63,783 nucleotides of DNA from Bacteroidales bacterium (GCA_007129255.1 SKVW01000142.1:1-63783); one strand, 5' to 3'; positions 28,433 through 37,826 are shown, numbered from the stretch's first letter. Notes: a model not told the origin generated them from the letters alone. Numbers and translations: made by a program.

Positions 28433-28725
28433 TTTTCAGGGATTTCAGCAGAACGCCATTCAATCCTTAATGACAAATTAATGTTTTTTTCAATTTTTCA
28501 ACCTTGTTAATCAAACGGTTTTTTAGACCGTACAAAGAATTTGTGTCTTTTAAATTTAAAAAAAGCCCCATTGTTGAAAAAAAATTAACTATATCCTTTT
28601 GAATCAATTGGAGTGTTAATAACTTTTTCTACCCCTGATTTTCAACCCAGTACAAGAGGACAAAATTGAATTGAAAACCATCGTCCCAATCATTTTGTTT
28701 TTTAACTTCGCCCTTACAACGTCCG

Positions 28726-28745
28726 TTAACATATAATTAACATAT
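28726..28745 (+). repeat. Direct repeat TTAACATAT x2 (11 nt period) in the nrdJ upstream region
   Basis: TTAACATATAATTAACATAT was read directly, 67-86 nt upstream of the nrdJ ATG. Possible operator, function unknown. Confidence 0.3.
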
Positions 28746-28811
28746 GTTTTAGTTTCGACACCCTGGACGTAATTTCCTTTACGATAAAAAAAACATACTA
28801 AACTGATTATA

Positions 28812-31487
28812 ATGGATAACAAGCCGGCTGTTAAAGATTCGCAACAAAAAGAAACCAAAAAAAGTGGAGGAGAAAATCTTTATAACCAGGTGCTCGACAA
28901 GCGCTCCCGTCCTGAGCCTCCCGTTGATATGGCCAATGATCCGGGCCCGCCGGATGCTTCTAACTGGCCAATCAAATATGCTTACGAGGATGCGCTGAAA
29001 AAATCAACCGAATATTTTGGGGGCGACAGCCTGGCAGCCGGTGTATGGGTCAATAAATATGCCCTGAAGGACTCTGAAGGCAATCTTTACGAGCTCACCC
29101 CCGACGATATGCATCGTCGTATTGCAAAGGAAATTGTGCGTATCGAAAATCGCTATCCAAACCCATTGGATGAAGAAAAAGTTTTTCATCTGCTGAAGAA
29201 TTTTAAGTACATCATACCCCAGGGAAGCCCTATGGCCGGTATAGGCAACCCTTTTCAAATCGGCTCACTTTCCAACTGCTTTGTTATTGGAAACAAGGGC
29301 AATGCAGATTCCTATGGTGGCATTATGAAGGTTGATGAAGAGCAGGTGCAGCTCATGAAGCGTCGCGGGGGGGTTGGGCACGACCTTTCACACATCCGCC
29401 CCAAAGGCAGCCCCGTAAAAAACAGCGCCCTCACCTCTACCGGCCTGGTGCCCTTCATGGAAAGGTATTCCAACTCTACCCGGGAAGTTGCCCAGGATGG
29501 AAGAAGAGGCGCACTGATGCTGACGGTATCCATCAAACACCCGGATGCCGAAGGTTTCATCGACGCCAAGCTGGAACAGGGCAAAGTAACCGGGGCCAAT
29601 GTATCGGTTAAAATTACCGACGACTTTATGCAGGCGGTAAAAGAGAATAAGGAGTTTATCCAGAAGTACCCCGTACAGGGAGTAGAAGCCAAATACATCA
29701 AACATACCGATGCCCGGGAACTGTGGAACAAGGTAGTGCACAACGCATGGAAATCAGCCGAACCCGGCATCCTTTTCTGGGACACCATCACCCGGGAATC
29801 TGTTCCCGACTGCTATGCCGACCTGGGATTTAAAACCGTTTCCACCAACCCCTGCGGAGAGATCCCTCTCTGCCCTTACGACAGTTGCAGGCTTCTGGCC
29901 ATTAACCTGTTTAGTTTTGTGAAAGATCCCTTTACCCCAAAGGCAACGTTTGATATGGACCTGTTTAAGGTGCATGTGGCCCATGCACAAAGGATCATGG
30001 ACGACATCATCGATCTGGAGCTGGAAAAGATCGATGTCATCCTGAATAAAATCGAATCCGATCCCGAAGAAGAAGATGTGAAACGGGTTGAAATAAACCT
30101 CTGGAAGAAGATCCGCGAAAAATGCATTGAAGGACGGCGCACCGGCATTGGCATCACCGCCGAAGGAGATATGCTGGCCGCTTTGGGCCTGAAATACGGA
30201 ACGGATGAAGCCACCAACTTTTCGGTAAATGTCCATAAAACCCTGGCAGTGGAAGCCTATCGTTCTTCCGTAAAAATGGCCGGGGAAAGGGGCGCTTTCC
30301 CGGTTTATGATGCCAAAAGGGAAGAAAACAACCCCCTGATACAACGGTTGCGCGAAGCGGATCCTGCCCTTTATGAAGAAATGAAAAAGAATGGCCGGAG
30401 AAACATTGCTTTGCTGACCATTGCCCCGACAGGAAGCGTATCGCTTATGACGCAAACCACCTCGGGAATTGAGCCCGTTTTTATGGTCGCTTACAAAAGA
30501 AGAAAAAAAGTAAATCCCAACGATAAAAACTCAAGATCCGACTTTGTTGATGAAGTGGGCGACCACTGGGAAGAATACAATGTGTTTCACCACAAATTCC
30601 TTGACTGGCTGCGCATCAGCAACTACAATGTGGAAGAGGTGCGGCAAATGAAAGAAGAAGCCCTTAGCGCGGTAATCAAAAAATCGCCTTACTACCAGGC
30701 TACTGCCAATGATGTGGACTGGGTGGCCAAAGTAAAAATGCAGGGTGCGGTACAAAAATGGGTGGATCACTCCATCAGTGTTACCGTTAACGTTCCCCAC
30801 GATGTAAGTGAGGAGCTTGTAGGCCGCATTTACCAAACCGGTTGGGAAAGCGGTTGCAAAGGAATTACCGTATACAGGGACGGGTCACGCTCCGGGGTAT
30901 TGGTAAAAGACAAGAAAGAAGAAAAAGAAAACGAGTTCAAGGAAACCAATGCTCCAAAACGACCCAAGGTGCTGGAATGCGAGATTGTGCGCTTTAACAA
31001 CGATTCTGAAAAATGGATCGCTGTGGTGGGCATCTTTCATGAGCGTCCTTACGAGATCTTTACCGGTAAGGCCGAAGGATTTTACCTCCCCCCTTATGTG
31101 GAAAAAGGATGGGTCATTAAAAACCGTTCTTCCAAAGGAGATAAACGCTATGACTTCCAGTTTTTGGATCGCGACGGCTACAAGGTGACCATTGAAGGTC
31201 TTTCGCGCTCTTTCCACAAAGAATACTGGAATTATGCCAAACTGATTTCCGGCATCCTGCGGCATGGCATGCCCCTGCCCTCTGTAGTAGATCTTGTGGA
31301 AGACATGAACCTGGAGAGTGATCGCCTGCACACCTGGAAAAACGGGGTGGTACGGGCTTTAAAAAAGTTTATACCCGATGGTACCAAAGCCCACGGGCGC
31401 ATCTGCTACGAATGCTCTCAGGAAACGGTCATTTACCAGGAAGGCTGCCTTATTTGCACCACCTGTGGTGAAAGCAAATGCGGATAA
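28812..31487 (+). CDS. nrdJ: Adenosylcobalamin-dependent (class II) ribonucleoside-diphosphate reductase
   Basis: Single 891 aa chain. Active-site region TNPCGEIPLCPYDSCRLLAINL. No separate radical-generating subunit nearby. C-terminal Cys-rich tail CYECSQETVIYQEGCLICTTCGESKCG. Confidence 0.85.
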   Translation: MDNKPAVKDSQQKETKKSGGENLYNQVLDKRSRPEPPVDMANDPGPPDASNWPIKYAYEDALKKSTEYFGGDSLAAGVWVNKYALKDSEGNLYELTPDDMHRRIAKEIVRIENRYPNPLDEEKVFHLLKNFKYIIPQGSPMAGIGNPFQIGSLSNCFVIGNKGNADSYGGIMKVDEEQVQLMKRRGGVGHDLSHIRPKGSPVKNSALTSTGLVPFMERYSNSTREVAQDGRRGALMLTVSIKHPDAEGFIDAKLEQGKVTGANVSVKITDDFMQAVKENKEFIQKYPVQGVEAKYIKHTDARELWNKVVHNAWKSAEPGILFWDTITRESVPDCYADLGFKTVSTNPCGEIPLCPYDSCRLLAINLFSFVKDPFTPKATFDMDLFKVHVAHAQRIMDDIIDLELEKIDVILNKIESDPEEEDVKRVEINLWKKIREKCIEGRRTGIGITAEGDMLAALGLKYGTDEATNFSVNVHKTLAVEAYRSSVKMAGERGAFPVYDAKREENNPLIQRLREADPALYEEMKKNGRRNIALLTIAPTGSVSLMTQTTSGIEPVFMVAYKRRKKVNPNDKNSRSDFVDEVGDHWEEYNVFHHKFLDWLRISNYNVEEVRQMKEEALSAVIKKSPYYQATANDVDWVAKVKMQGAVQKWVDHSISVTVNVPHDVSEELVGRIYQTGWESGCKGITVYRDGSRSGVLVKDKKEEKENEFKETNAPKRPKVLECEIVRFNNDSEKWIAVVGIFHERPYEIFTGKAEGFYLPPYVEKGWVIKNRSSKGDKRYDFQFLDRDGYKVTIEGLSRSFHKEYWNYAKLISGILRHGMPLPSVVDLVEDMNLESDRLHTWKNGVVRALKKFIPDGTKAHGRICYECSQETVIYQEGCLICTTCGESKCG

Positions 31488-31508
31488 TGGTTTCTCCAAA
31501 ACCAACCA

Positions 31509-31537
31509 AAGCCCCGGAAAACCACCGGGGCTTTTTT
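31509..31537 (+). terminator. Rho-independent terminator after nrdJ
   Basis: Stem AAGCCCCGG / CCGGGGCTT followed by T6. Confidence 0.8.
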
Positions 31538-31591
31538 GTTAACAAATCATGTATTCATTGGAAGGAAGTCCCGCTGAACCAAAAGTTTGTT

Positions 31592-31599
31592 TAATTTTG
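31592..31599 (+). promoter_or_regulatory. Bacteroidota -7 promoter motif (TAATTTTG) for ppa
   Basis: Exact TAnnTTTG match 18 nt upstream of the ATG at 31617. It lies downstream of the ORF-track TTG start at 31587, which argues against that start. Confidence 0.45.
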
Positions 31600-31616
31600 A
31601 CAAAAACCAATACGTC

Positions 31617-32288
31617 ATGGGAAACAGAATCATGGACCCTATTGGCCGGCTGATGGGATTGCGCTATAAATCGCACCCCTGGCATGGGGTGGACATCGGG
31701 AAAAATGCACCGGATCAATTAACCTGCTTTGTAGAGATGGTGGCCACCGACACAGTTAAGTATGAAGTGGATAAGGTGACCGGCTACCTGAAAATTGACC
31801 GACCCCAAAAATATTCCAACGTGCTGCCTGCCCTTTATGGATTCATTCCCCAAACCCTTTGCCACCATACGGTAGCAGAATTTGCCATTGAAAAAACCGG
31901 CCGGAAGGATATCGTGGGCGACTACGACCCCCTGGACGTTTGCATCCTCACCGAAAAAACCATTTCTCACGGGAACATCCTTGTGGAGGCGATCCCCATT
32001 GGCGGGTTCAGGTTGATTGACCGCAACCAGGCCGATGATAAGATCATTGCCGTTTTAAAAGACGATGCCGTTTACGGAAAACTCAGGGAAATTTCGGAAT
32101 GCCCGGCAGCCGTGGTGAAGCGACTGCTACATTATTTCCTTACTTACAAAGACCTGCCCAATACCGAACTGGATGTTGAGATAACCCATACTTATGGGGC
32201 TGAAGACGCCAAAGAAGTCATCCGCAGGTCTATTGAAGATTACCGCCTGAAGTTTGAAAACCTGGACAACCTTTTGTCGGAAGTCTGA
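31617..32288 (+). CDS. ppa: Inorganic diphosphatase (family I)
   Basis: HPWHGV, VKYEVDKVTGYLKIDR, YGFIPQT, GDYDPLDVCIL and DDKIIAV motifs. Confidence 0.85.
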   Translation: MGNRIMDPIGRLMGLRYKSHPWHGVDIGKNAPDQLTCFVEMVATDTVKYEVDKVTGYLKIDRPQKYSNVLPALYGFIPQTLCHHTVAEFAIEKTGRKDIVGDYDPLDVCILTEKTISHGNILVEAIPIGGFRLIDRNQADDKIIAVLKDDAVYGKLREISECPAAVVKRLLHYFLTYKDLPNTELDVEITHTYGAEDAKEVIRRSIEDYRLKFENLDNLLSEV

Positions 32289-32912
32289 CTTTTTTAGAAT
32301 AATTCCCTGCTGGTGCAATCACCTTTTCTTTACCATCAGAAAAAAATGTCGTTATTTCCGAACCCACATCCAGACTTCCATGCCACCAAAAAACAATATT
32401 TTCCCCGGTAATGGCTGCAGGCGGATGAACCTCCACCTGTAAGTTTTCTGTAGCCTTTTCCAATTCTTCCGAAATAACCTGGTAATACAATACTGCCACA
32501 TCTTCATACCTGCTTATGGCCCCTTCGGCAAAAAAAAGCAGGCTGAAGGTCCTTACCGTATCGGTTGTCTCAAAAAACCACTGCACTTCAAGGGATCCTC
32601 TTTTTCAATGATGCGTAAGGTTCCAGGTGCTTCGTCATCGGAAATTTCATACCGTTTTTCTCCCTCATAAACTTCAAATTCGCTGAATCGGGCCTTCCCG
32701 TCCAGTGGGAAGGTAAGAAACACCCGGGTATAGGTCCCTTCAAAGGTAAACTGCCTATCTTCCTGAACCCTCATAGAGCCATCACTTCGCAAATGTATGG
32801 ATACATCAAGGCCAGTAATATGATAATCCCTTCCACAGGAAGTTAATAAGGTTAACAGTCCTATAAATATCAAAACTTTTCCACCCCAAAGTTTAGCAAT
32901 TTGGCTTCTCAT
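32230..32912 (-). pseudogene. DUF2207-like lipoprotein gene remnant: frameshifted near 32592-32594 and 3'-truncated, overlapping the ppa 3' end
   Basis: ORFs 32553..32960 and 32230..32586 read as consecutive parts of one DUF2207 N-terminal domain (...LRIIEKEDP / LEVQWFFETTDTVRTFSLLFFAEGAISRYEDVAVLYYQVI...WWHGSL) in frames offset by 1 nt. Adding one C/G at the GGG run would restore DPLEVQW. The TM and C-terminal parts are absent. Confidence 0.5.
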
Positions 32913-33040
32913 GACTATATTATTTGGTGAGCAAAAAACAAATATACAGTGTTTCTGCAAGTGTTAAGCCTTCTTGCCGGGCTGGCAGTAAAAATTTGAA
33001 AAAAACCACCTTAATTTAACGCTACCATGGAAAAAGGAGA

Positions 33041-34147
33041 TCAGTAATTCCCGGAAAGCTTAAAGACCCTTCCCGGCAACGGTTTTACCACCCCTTTAAA
33101 TTCAAGATTAAGCAGCAAAGCTGAAGTTTTGCTGAAAGTATATCCCGAATTGGCAACAATCAAGTCGAATGCTACCTCCGAACCGTTGCGGAGCAAGGCA
33201 ACGATTTTTTCTTCTTCCTCATCCAACTCCACAAACAATGATTGCTGTACCGCTTTATTATTTTCCTCCCGCTCCCAGTTCATGATGTATTCCAGGTTTT
33301 CAATCTTTTCAATAAGATGGGCTTTGTTGATTCTGATCAGCATGTTGCACCCTTTACTATATGGGTCGGAGGTTCGCCCGGGAAGGGCAAAAACATCACG
33401 GTTATAGGAGTTGGCGATATTGGCCGTGATCAGGGCACCCCCGGTTATGGCAGCTTCTATAACCACCACTGCATCGCAAATCCCGGCAATGATACGGTTT
33501 CTTTTCGGAAAATTTTCCCGGTCGGGTTTGGTTTCCGTAATGAAGTCGGTGATCAGGGCTCCCTGGTTGATGATCTTTCTGGCAAGGTTTTGATGCAGGG
33601 GAGGATAGATCTTATCCAATCCATGACCCAAAACCCCGACGGTCTGCAGGTTATTATCCAATGCCGTTTTATGGGCACAGGCATCCACGCCGTAGGCCAG
33701 CCCGCTTACCACCAAAGCATTGTGAGGAATAAGTCCCTCAACGATTTCGCGGCACTTCTCCTTTCCATAGTCTGTCATGCTGCGCGTACCCACGATACTC
33801 ACAACCTTTTGGACGTTAAATTCTACATCTCCTTTTACGAAAAGCAAGACGGGTCCGTCATCACAGTGTTTCAGCCTGCGGGGATAATCCTTATCCAGAA
33901 AAAAGAGGGGCCTGATCTTATTTCGCTCAAGAAAAGCGATTTCCTTTTCCGCCCGCTCAAAAAGGTCATATCCGGAAACAGCATTTGCCATATGGTCTCC
34001 GATGCCGGGTATTTTTTGCAGCACATGCTTTTTCTCTTTAAAAACGGCCTCAACCCCTCCGCAATAGGAAATAAGCTTTTTAGCGGTGACACCCCCTACC
34101 CCGGGAATCATGCTGATGGCTATCTGGTAAAGCAATTTCTGGCTCAT
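33041..34147 (-). CDS. dprA: DNA-processing protein DprA (Smf)
   Basis: Rossmann-like core VSGLAYGVDACAHKTALDNNLQTVGVLGHGLDKIYPPLHQNLARKI...GALITDF and FPKRNRIIAG. Start taken at MSQKLLYQIA. Confidence 0.85.
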   Translation of the reverse strand: MSQKLLYQIAISMIPGVGGVTAKKLISYCGGVEAVFKEKKHVLQKIPGIGDHMANAVSGYDLFERAEKEIAFLERNKIRPLFFLDKDYPRRLKHCDDGPVLLFVKGDVEFNVQKVVSIVGTRSMTDYGKEKCREIVEGLIPHNALVVSGLAYGVDACAHKTALDNNLQTVGVLGHGLDKIYPPLHQNLARKIINQGALITDFITETKPDRENFPKRNRIIAGICDAVVVIEAAITGGALITANIANSYNRDVFALPGRTSDPYSKGCNMLIRINKAHLIEKIENLEYIMNWEREENNKAVQQSLFVELDEEEEKIVALLRNGSEVAFDLIVANSGYTFSKTSALLLNLEFKGVVKPLPGRVFKLSGNY

Positions 34148-34289
34148 TGAGGTTTTTTTTGATGTGATCAACGGTTTTTTAAACCGGGAACACTAAAATT
34201 AAAACAAAAACTCAAATCCCGGAAAAGTTTTCTTTTTTCCTGAAATTATTTTTTCTGGATTAAGCAAGGTAGTTTTACCTTTGGAACCC

Positions 34290-35405
34290 ATGAAAGAGAA
34301 TAAGAAACCGGTGGTTTTATTCTGCCCGCTCAACTGGGGCCTTGGCCATGCCAGCCGCCTGGTGATGCTGATCAGGGCCTTTATACAGCTGGGCTGCCGG
34401 GTATACGTGGGGGCAGACGGAATGCCCATGGCGTTTTTAAAGAAAGAATTTGGTGATGCGGTTTCTTATGTACCCTTTTCCGGAAAGGAAGTAACCTACC
34501 CTGAAAAGGGAACCATGGTCTTAAAAATGTTGAAGCAACTTCCGGGGCTGCTGTCCTCCATAGGGAAAGAAAAACGAGAACTGAAAAAAATCCTGGAAAA
34601 AACCGGGGCCGGCATTGTCATTTCGGATAACAGGTATGGTTTGTTTTCAAAAAAGGCGAAAACTGTTTTTATTACCCACCAGCTTTTCATTATGGCCCCA
34701 AAAGGCTTGAAGTGGCTGGAGCCCCTGCTATTCAATATTAACCGCTTTTTTATTTCCCGGTATGATCATTGCTGGATCCCTGACCACGAAAAATACCCCA
34801 ATCTTTCCGGAAAACTATCTCACAAAAAGCCCCTGAAAAAAACTACTTTTATCGGCCCCCTGTCACGCTTTGCCAGCCAATCTGCTGAATCCTTTAAAAA
34901 CCCTTTGCCTTTGGGGTTTCCGAAAGATTATTGCCTGGGCCTGATTTCAGGACCCGAGCCACAACGAACCTTTTTTGAAAAAATCTTATTGAAGCAATTA
35001 AAAAAAGAAGGCACCTGCTTTGTATTGCTGAGGGGGCTGGCCCAAAGCAACCATTCGGAAAAAACGGAGAATGGTTTTATTATGGATCATGCCTCCTCGG
35101 CAGCCATGCAATACCTTATAAAAAATGCCCGCCTGGTGATTTGCCGGCCCGGCTATTCCACAATTATGGATCTGTCGGTTTTTGGAAAAAAAGCCCTGCT
35201 TATTCCAACTCCGGGGCAAACTGAACAGGAATACCTTGGCAGGTATATGCAGGAAAACCAATGGGCACCTGTGGTGAAGCAAACTTCCCTTTCCCTTGAA
35301 AAACACACTCCCCTGGCTGTATCTTACCAGGGGATTCCCAGGTTGTTGAAAGATAAAAATGTTGTCCTTCACACAGCAAATGAACTGCTGAAGAGCATTC
35401 AGTAA
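34290..35405 (+). CDS. Glycosyltransferase, GT-B fold (MurG/UDP-glycosyltransferase-like)
   Basis: N-terminal LNWGLGHASRLVMLIRAF and C-terminal CRPGYSTIMDL...LIPTPGQTEQEYL motifs. Start taken at the ATG at 34290. Confidence 0.65.
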   Translation: MKENKKPVVLFCPLNWGLGHASRLVMLIRAFIQLGCRVYVGADGMPMAFLKKEFGDAVSYVPFSGKEVTYPEKGTMVLKMLKQLPGLLSSIGKEKRELKKILEKTGAGIVISDNRYGLFSKKAKTVFITHQLFIMAPKGLKWLEPLLFNINRFFISRYDHCWIPDHEKYPNLSGKLSHKKPLKKTTFIGPLSRFASQSAESFKNPLPLGFPKDYCLGLISGPEPQRTFFEKILLKQLKKEGTCFVLLRGLAQSNHSEKTENGFIMDHASSAAMQYLIKNARLVICRPGYSTIMDLSVFGKKALLIPTPGQTEQEYLGRYMQENQWAPVVKQTSLSLEKHTPLAVSYQGIPRLLKDKNVVLHTANELLKSIQ

Positions 35406-36274
35406 GTTTTGGTCATGGTGGAGGGCACGACCAGGATAAAGTCTGCCAATCCGTGATGGGTTTCCCGCAGCTCGCTGACATCATCCTGTTCAACAGTGCT
35501 TATGGTCATGATGCGGAGTTTTTCATCTTTTTCTCTGAGGTACCAAACAATGCCTTCGCGGTTGTTGCTGTGATAGGCTCCGTTGAAATGGATGAACAAC
35601 CCACCCCTTTGAAAATTATCGTAAATAAAATGTGCCATGGTGGCATCCTTTATGGCCTGGGCTTTGGGGAAGTTTTCGCTGCCGTGTGCCGGCATTCCCT
35701 CCATTTCCAGCATGGCACGGTATGCGGGCAAATCCGGGTCGAAGGGAACGGGTAGCGGGGCTATATAGCCTTTTGCCTGTGGGCTGAGTTCTTCAAGGGC
35801 CTCAAAACCATGGCGATGAACCAGGGCAGCATACCGACGGGGAATGTTGGTGGCAATAAAAGCAATTTCATTTTCCCGGGCAAACTCAACAAGGGGCTTA
35901 TAATCTGTCTGGTAATTATTCCAGAGTTTGGCTTCCGCTTCAAAGTTCCTTTGGGCAATGGTTCCCTCCAGGTATTCATCAAGAAGCAGCTGATTATCCG
36001 CTTCAAACATTTCGGCTCCAAGCATCAGGTGGTCTTTACGTTTTACATGAAGGTCCCTGGTGAGTTCCAGCTGCAGCCAATGGGTGATGGGATTGTTGTG
36101 TAACTCCCCAAACATCACTATATCATGGTTGAGGGCTGTTTCAGCAATTTGAGAATAATTAGCGGGCACACCATTTCCGGTAAACAAACGGTAGGCAGGC
36201 TTGTCAGCAAAGGAAAAGTTGCTTAAAGAAAAGAAGTATAAGATTAAAAGTAAGGTTCCTTTTGTCATGTTCAA
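35399..36274 (-). CDS. ChaN family (haem-binding uptake / Tiki-like) lipoprotein
   Basis: IVMFGELHNNPITHWLQLELTRDL, LGAEMFEADNQLLLDEY and FIATNIPRRYA motifs. Confidence 0.7.
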   Translation of the reverse strand: MNMTKGTLLLILYFFSLSNFSFADKPAYRLFTGNGVPANYSQIAETALNHDIVMFGELHNNPITHWLQLELTRDLHVKRKDHLMLGAEMFEADNQLLLDEYLEGTIAQRNFEAEAKLWNNYQTDYKPLVEFARENEIAFIATNIPRRYAALVHRHGFEALEELSPQAKGYIAPLPVPFDPDLPAYRAMLEMEGMPAHGSENFPKAQAIKDATMAHFIYDNFQRGGLFIHFNGAYHSNNREGIVWYLREKDEKLRIMTISTVEQDDVSELRETHHGLADFILVVPSTMTKTY

Positions 36275-36371
36275 ATGGGTTTTTTACATTAAGGCTTTTA
36301 AAATAGTATTGCACAAAAGGTTTATTTGCTGAACAAGACCAAACGGAAAAGGTTCAGGAATGCTTTGGGTT

Positions 36372-36872
36372 TTAGGAGGCTCCGGACTTTTTAAGCCCGC
36401 CTCCCGAGAAGGAAAGGGGAAGCAGGTCATTCACTTTTTCAATGACCAGGATTTTTCCCTCCTCTTTACTCAGTAGCATTTTAATGGGTTTTTGCTGCAG
36501 GATCTCATATTCGAGCAAAACCTGCCGGCAAGCCCCGCAGGGAGAAACGGGCTCCTCCATTTCCACCCGGGTGGAGTGTGCACTTACGGCAATGGTTTTC
36601 ATTTCCACCCCGGGATACATTGCAGAAGCAGCAAAAGCAGCAACCCTTTCGGCACACAAACCACTGGGATAGGCACCGTTTTCCTGGTTGTTGCCCTTAA
36701 TGATCTTCCCGTTTTCAAGCAAAATGGCAGCGCCCACATAAAATTCCGAATAAGGGGCATATGCTTTGCGGGTCATTTTGCGGGAGACCTCCACCAACTC
36801 CTGTTCTTCAGCAGTAAGCTCTTCTATCTTGTCAACTTCGTATACGTTTACGGAAAGGGTGTTTTTTTTCAT
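36372..36872 (-). CDS. cdd: Cytidine deaminase
   Basis: Zinc ligand motifs CAERVAAFAA and PCGACRQVLLEY. Start taken at MKKNTLSV (166 aa). Confidence 0.85.
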   Translation of the reverse strand: MKKNTLSVNVYEVDKIEELTAEEQELVEVSRKMTRKAYAPYSEFYVGAAILLENGKIIKGNNQENGAYPSGLCAERVAAFAASAMYPGVEMKTIAVSAHSTRVEMEEPVSPCGACRQVLLEYEILQQKPIKMLLSKEEGKILVIEKVNDLLPLSFSGGGLKKSGAS

Positions 36873-37071
36873 TACTTCAGGTTTTATGATGAACAACCCC
36901 GCAAAATAAAGCAAATGCGGGGTAACCAAACATCTGAATATTACGTAAAATTAAAAACTTATAACGTATTCCTCAAAATAAAAAGCATTTTGTAAGGCAT
37001 GACCCAGATTCTTTGTTAATAATTTAAAACTTTTGGCTTTTCCGGGTCATTTGCCACACAAGACCAAAGCA

Positions 37072-37149
37072 AAAATTGCTTTACACCAATATTTTTATTA
37101 TATTTGTGTTAAAGCAGATAAAATTGCTCTTTTTATATACAAAATTGCT
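37072..37149 (+). repeat. Three copies of AAAATTGCT (37072, 37120, 37141) in the cdd/ytxH divergent intergenic region
   Basis: Read directly. Each copy continues as T/C-T-T, and two copies fall downstream of the putative -7 motif at 37099. Confidence 0.4.
37099..37106 (+). promoter_or_regulatory. Bacteroidota -7 promoter motif (TATATTTG) for the ytxH-like cluster
   Basis: Exact TAnnTTTG match 89 nt upstream of the ATG at 37195. Confidence 0.35.
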
Positions 37150-37194
37150 TTTTTATCATTTTAAATCATTGTTTAACCTCAAAAAAACAATATT

Positions 37195-37437
37195 ATGAGT
37201 AACTCAACAGGAAAAGCCATTGTAGGATTTATTTTTGGTGCTGCCGTTGGCGTGGCAGCCGGTATTCTTTTTGCTCCCACTAGTGGCGCCGAAACCCGGA
37301 AAAAGCTGGAAAAGAAAAGCAAAGAATACTCTGATGAATTGGCCAAAACAATGGGCAAAAAAATTGACGACCTGAAAGATTATGTCAATGATATTGCCAA
37401 AGACACCAAAGAAAAAATAAAACAGGCCAACCCTTAA
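37195..37437 (+). CDS. YtxH domain-containing protein
   Basis: GKAIVGFIFGAAVGVAAGILFAPTSGAETRKKL followed by a charged helical tail. Confidence 0.75.
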   Translation: MSNSTGKAIVGFIFGAAVGVAAGILFAPTSGAETRKKLEKKSKEYSDELAKTMGKKIDDLKDYVNDIAKDTKEKIKQANP

Positions 37438-37466
37438 AAATCAATTGAAACCAATCACACTTTGTA

Positions 37467-37826
37467 ATGGATAGCAAATCTTTGCTTGATCATTTATTCA
37501 GATTAAAGGAAAGCTTCAGAAAATACCTGGAAACCAAGATTTCTTATTATGGTTTTACCGCATTTGAGAAAGCAGTGAGGGTATTGTCCCTTCTGCTTTC
37601 CAATATTGTGGTAATCCTGGTTTTCTTCCTTGCCTTTATTTTCCTTTCAGGAGCGGCTTCCATATATCTGGGCCGGCTTACGGGTCATTTTGAGCTGGGG
37701 CTTCTTATCGTTGGAGGTTTTTACTTTTTAATCGGGCTGATCCTTTTCGGATTCCGGAAAAAGATCTTTAGTCCGATCGTGATCAAGGCCCTTTATAGGG
37801 TGTTTTTCAATGAAGAGGATGAATAA
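37467..37826 (+). CDS. Small membrane protein (phage-holin-family 3_6-like, two TM helices)
   Basis: Amphipathic N-terminus followed by two hydrophobic helices. Usual neighbour of YtxH genes in Bacteroidota. Confidence 0.55.
   Translation: MDSKSLLDHLFRLKESFRKYLETKISYYGFTAFEKAVRVLSLLLSNIVVILVFFLAFIFLSGAASIYLGRLTGHFELGLLIVGGFYFLIGLILFGFRKKIFSPIVIKALYRVFFNEEDE

Noticed and set aside
28433-28811. Cobalamin riboswitch or NrdR boxes upstream of nrdJ
   Set aside because: I could not find a B12-box-like core or tandem 16 bp NrdR palindromes by eye. Only a short direct repeat and a weak hairpin are present, and these are reported as a low-interest finding.
28616-28858. 80 aa minus-strand ORF in the nrdJ upstream region
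   Set aside because: It overlaps the nrdJ start, has no promoter motif and an implausible composition. I treated the region as non-coding leader.
29754-30455. 233 aa minus-strand ORF (and other ORFs from 29004 to 31331)
   Set aside because: All lie antisense inside nrdJ and are shadow ORFs.
31561-31580. GGAAGGAAGTCCCGC resembling the RNase P RNA CR-I motif (GAGGAAAGUCC)
   Set aside because: The intergenic space here is only about 80 nt between the nrdJ terminator and the ppa promoter, far too short for RNase P RNA.
33242-34150. 302 aa plus-strand ORF
   Set aside because: It is antisense to dprA, which has clear family motifs. The ORF has low-complexity composition and no start context.
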